A stretch of DNA of 64,000 nt from Mobula hypostoma (lineage: Eukaryota). The DNA is taken from positions 249,242,001 through 249,306,000 of the forward strand of contig NC_086097.1 in NCBI RefSeq assembly GCF_963921235.1. Reading direction: 5' to 3'. The translations under genes were made by a program, and so were the position numbers. Below the pieces are notes generated by a model. That model was not told the origin of the DNA. It saw only the letters and a program-made list of their open reading frames with translations, and searched no databases. Every line of letters begins with the position of its first letter. Position 1 is the stretch's first letter. This document shows positions 63,133 through 64,000 of this stretch, one piece after another.

Positions 63133-64000
63133 AGAGGGGATATTTGTGTGGCGTTCTGCACAGATACGTTCCAATGAGACATGGAAAGGATGATAGGGTA
63201 CAGGATCTGTGGTGTAGAAAGGCTGTTGAAAATTTAGTGAAGAAGAAAAGAAGAGCTTATGAAAGGTTCAAAAAACTAGGTAATGTTAGAGATCTAGAAG
63301 ATTATAAGGCTAGCAGGAAGGAGCTTAAGAATGAAATTAGGAGAGCCAGAAGGGGCCATGAGAAGACCTTGGCAAGCAGGATTAAGGAAAATCCAAGACA
63401 TTCTACAAGTATGTGAAGAGAAAGAGGATAAGTTGTGAGAGAATAGGGCCAATAAAGTGTGACAGTGGAGAAGCATGTATGGAACTGGAAGAGATAGCAG
63501 AGGTACTTAATGAATACTTTGCTTCAGTATTCACTACAGAAAAGGGCCTTGGCGATTGTAGGGATGACTTGCAATGGACTGAAAAGCTTGAGTATGTAGA
63601 TATTAAGAAAGAGGATGTGCTGGAGATTTTGGAAAGCATCAAGTTGGATAAGTCACCGGGACCAGACGAGATGTAACCCAGGCTACTGTGGGAGGCGAGG
63701 GAGGAGATTGCTGAGCCTCTGGCAATGATTTTGCATCATCATTGGGGACGGGAGAGGTTCTGGAGGATTGGAGGGTTGCAGATGTTGTTCCAAGAAAGGG
63801 AGTAGAGTGGTTCATTTTGGTAGGTCAAATATGATGGCAGAATATAGTATTAATGGTAAGACTCTTGGCAGTGTGGAGGATCAGCAGGATCTTGAGGTCC
63901 AAGCCCACAGGACACTCAAAGCTGCTGCGCAGGTTGACTCTGTGGTTAAGAAGGAATACAATGTATTTGGCTTAATCAACTGTGAGACTGAGTTCAATTG
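63133..64000 (+). mobile_element. CR1 middle fragment running off the window
   Basis: Encodes ELKNEIRRARRGHEK, AEVLNEYFASVFT and DKSPGPD. Confidence 0.85.

Overview
This is vertebrate nuclear DNA, most likely from a cartilaginous fish such as a ray (inferred from the repeat families). Transposon remnants dominate: many CR1 LINE copies (two with long RT reading frames), Rex1/Babar-like RTs, a Hero-like REL element, an L2 fragment, tRNA-SINEs, Tigger/Tc1/Harbinger DNA elements, and two Penelope-like (PLE, GIY-YIG) families carrying hammerhead-ribozyme (HHR) motifs. The only well-supported host feature is a CpG island (~30.1-31.3 kb) with eight same-orientation CCAAT boxes. It precedes a minus-strand first coding exon (30646-30577) encoding a signal-peptide-like 23 aa; I cannot name the gene. 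The most interesting signals come from the PLE/HHR system: a TSD-flanked insertion ending at the predicted ribozyme cleavage site, short fold-back pLTR-derived units (one with its own TSD), a head-to-head HHR pair, and a PLE with a 98-bp inverted duplication. Coordinates of degraded repeats are approximate, and family names come from motif recognition, not database searches.
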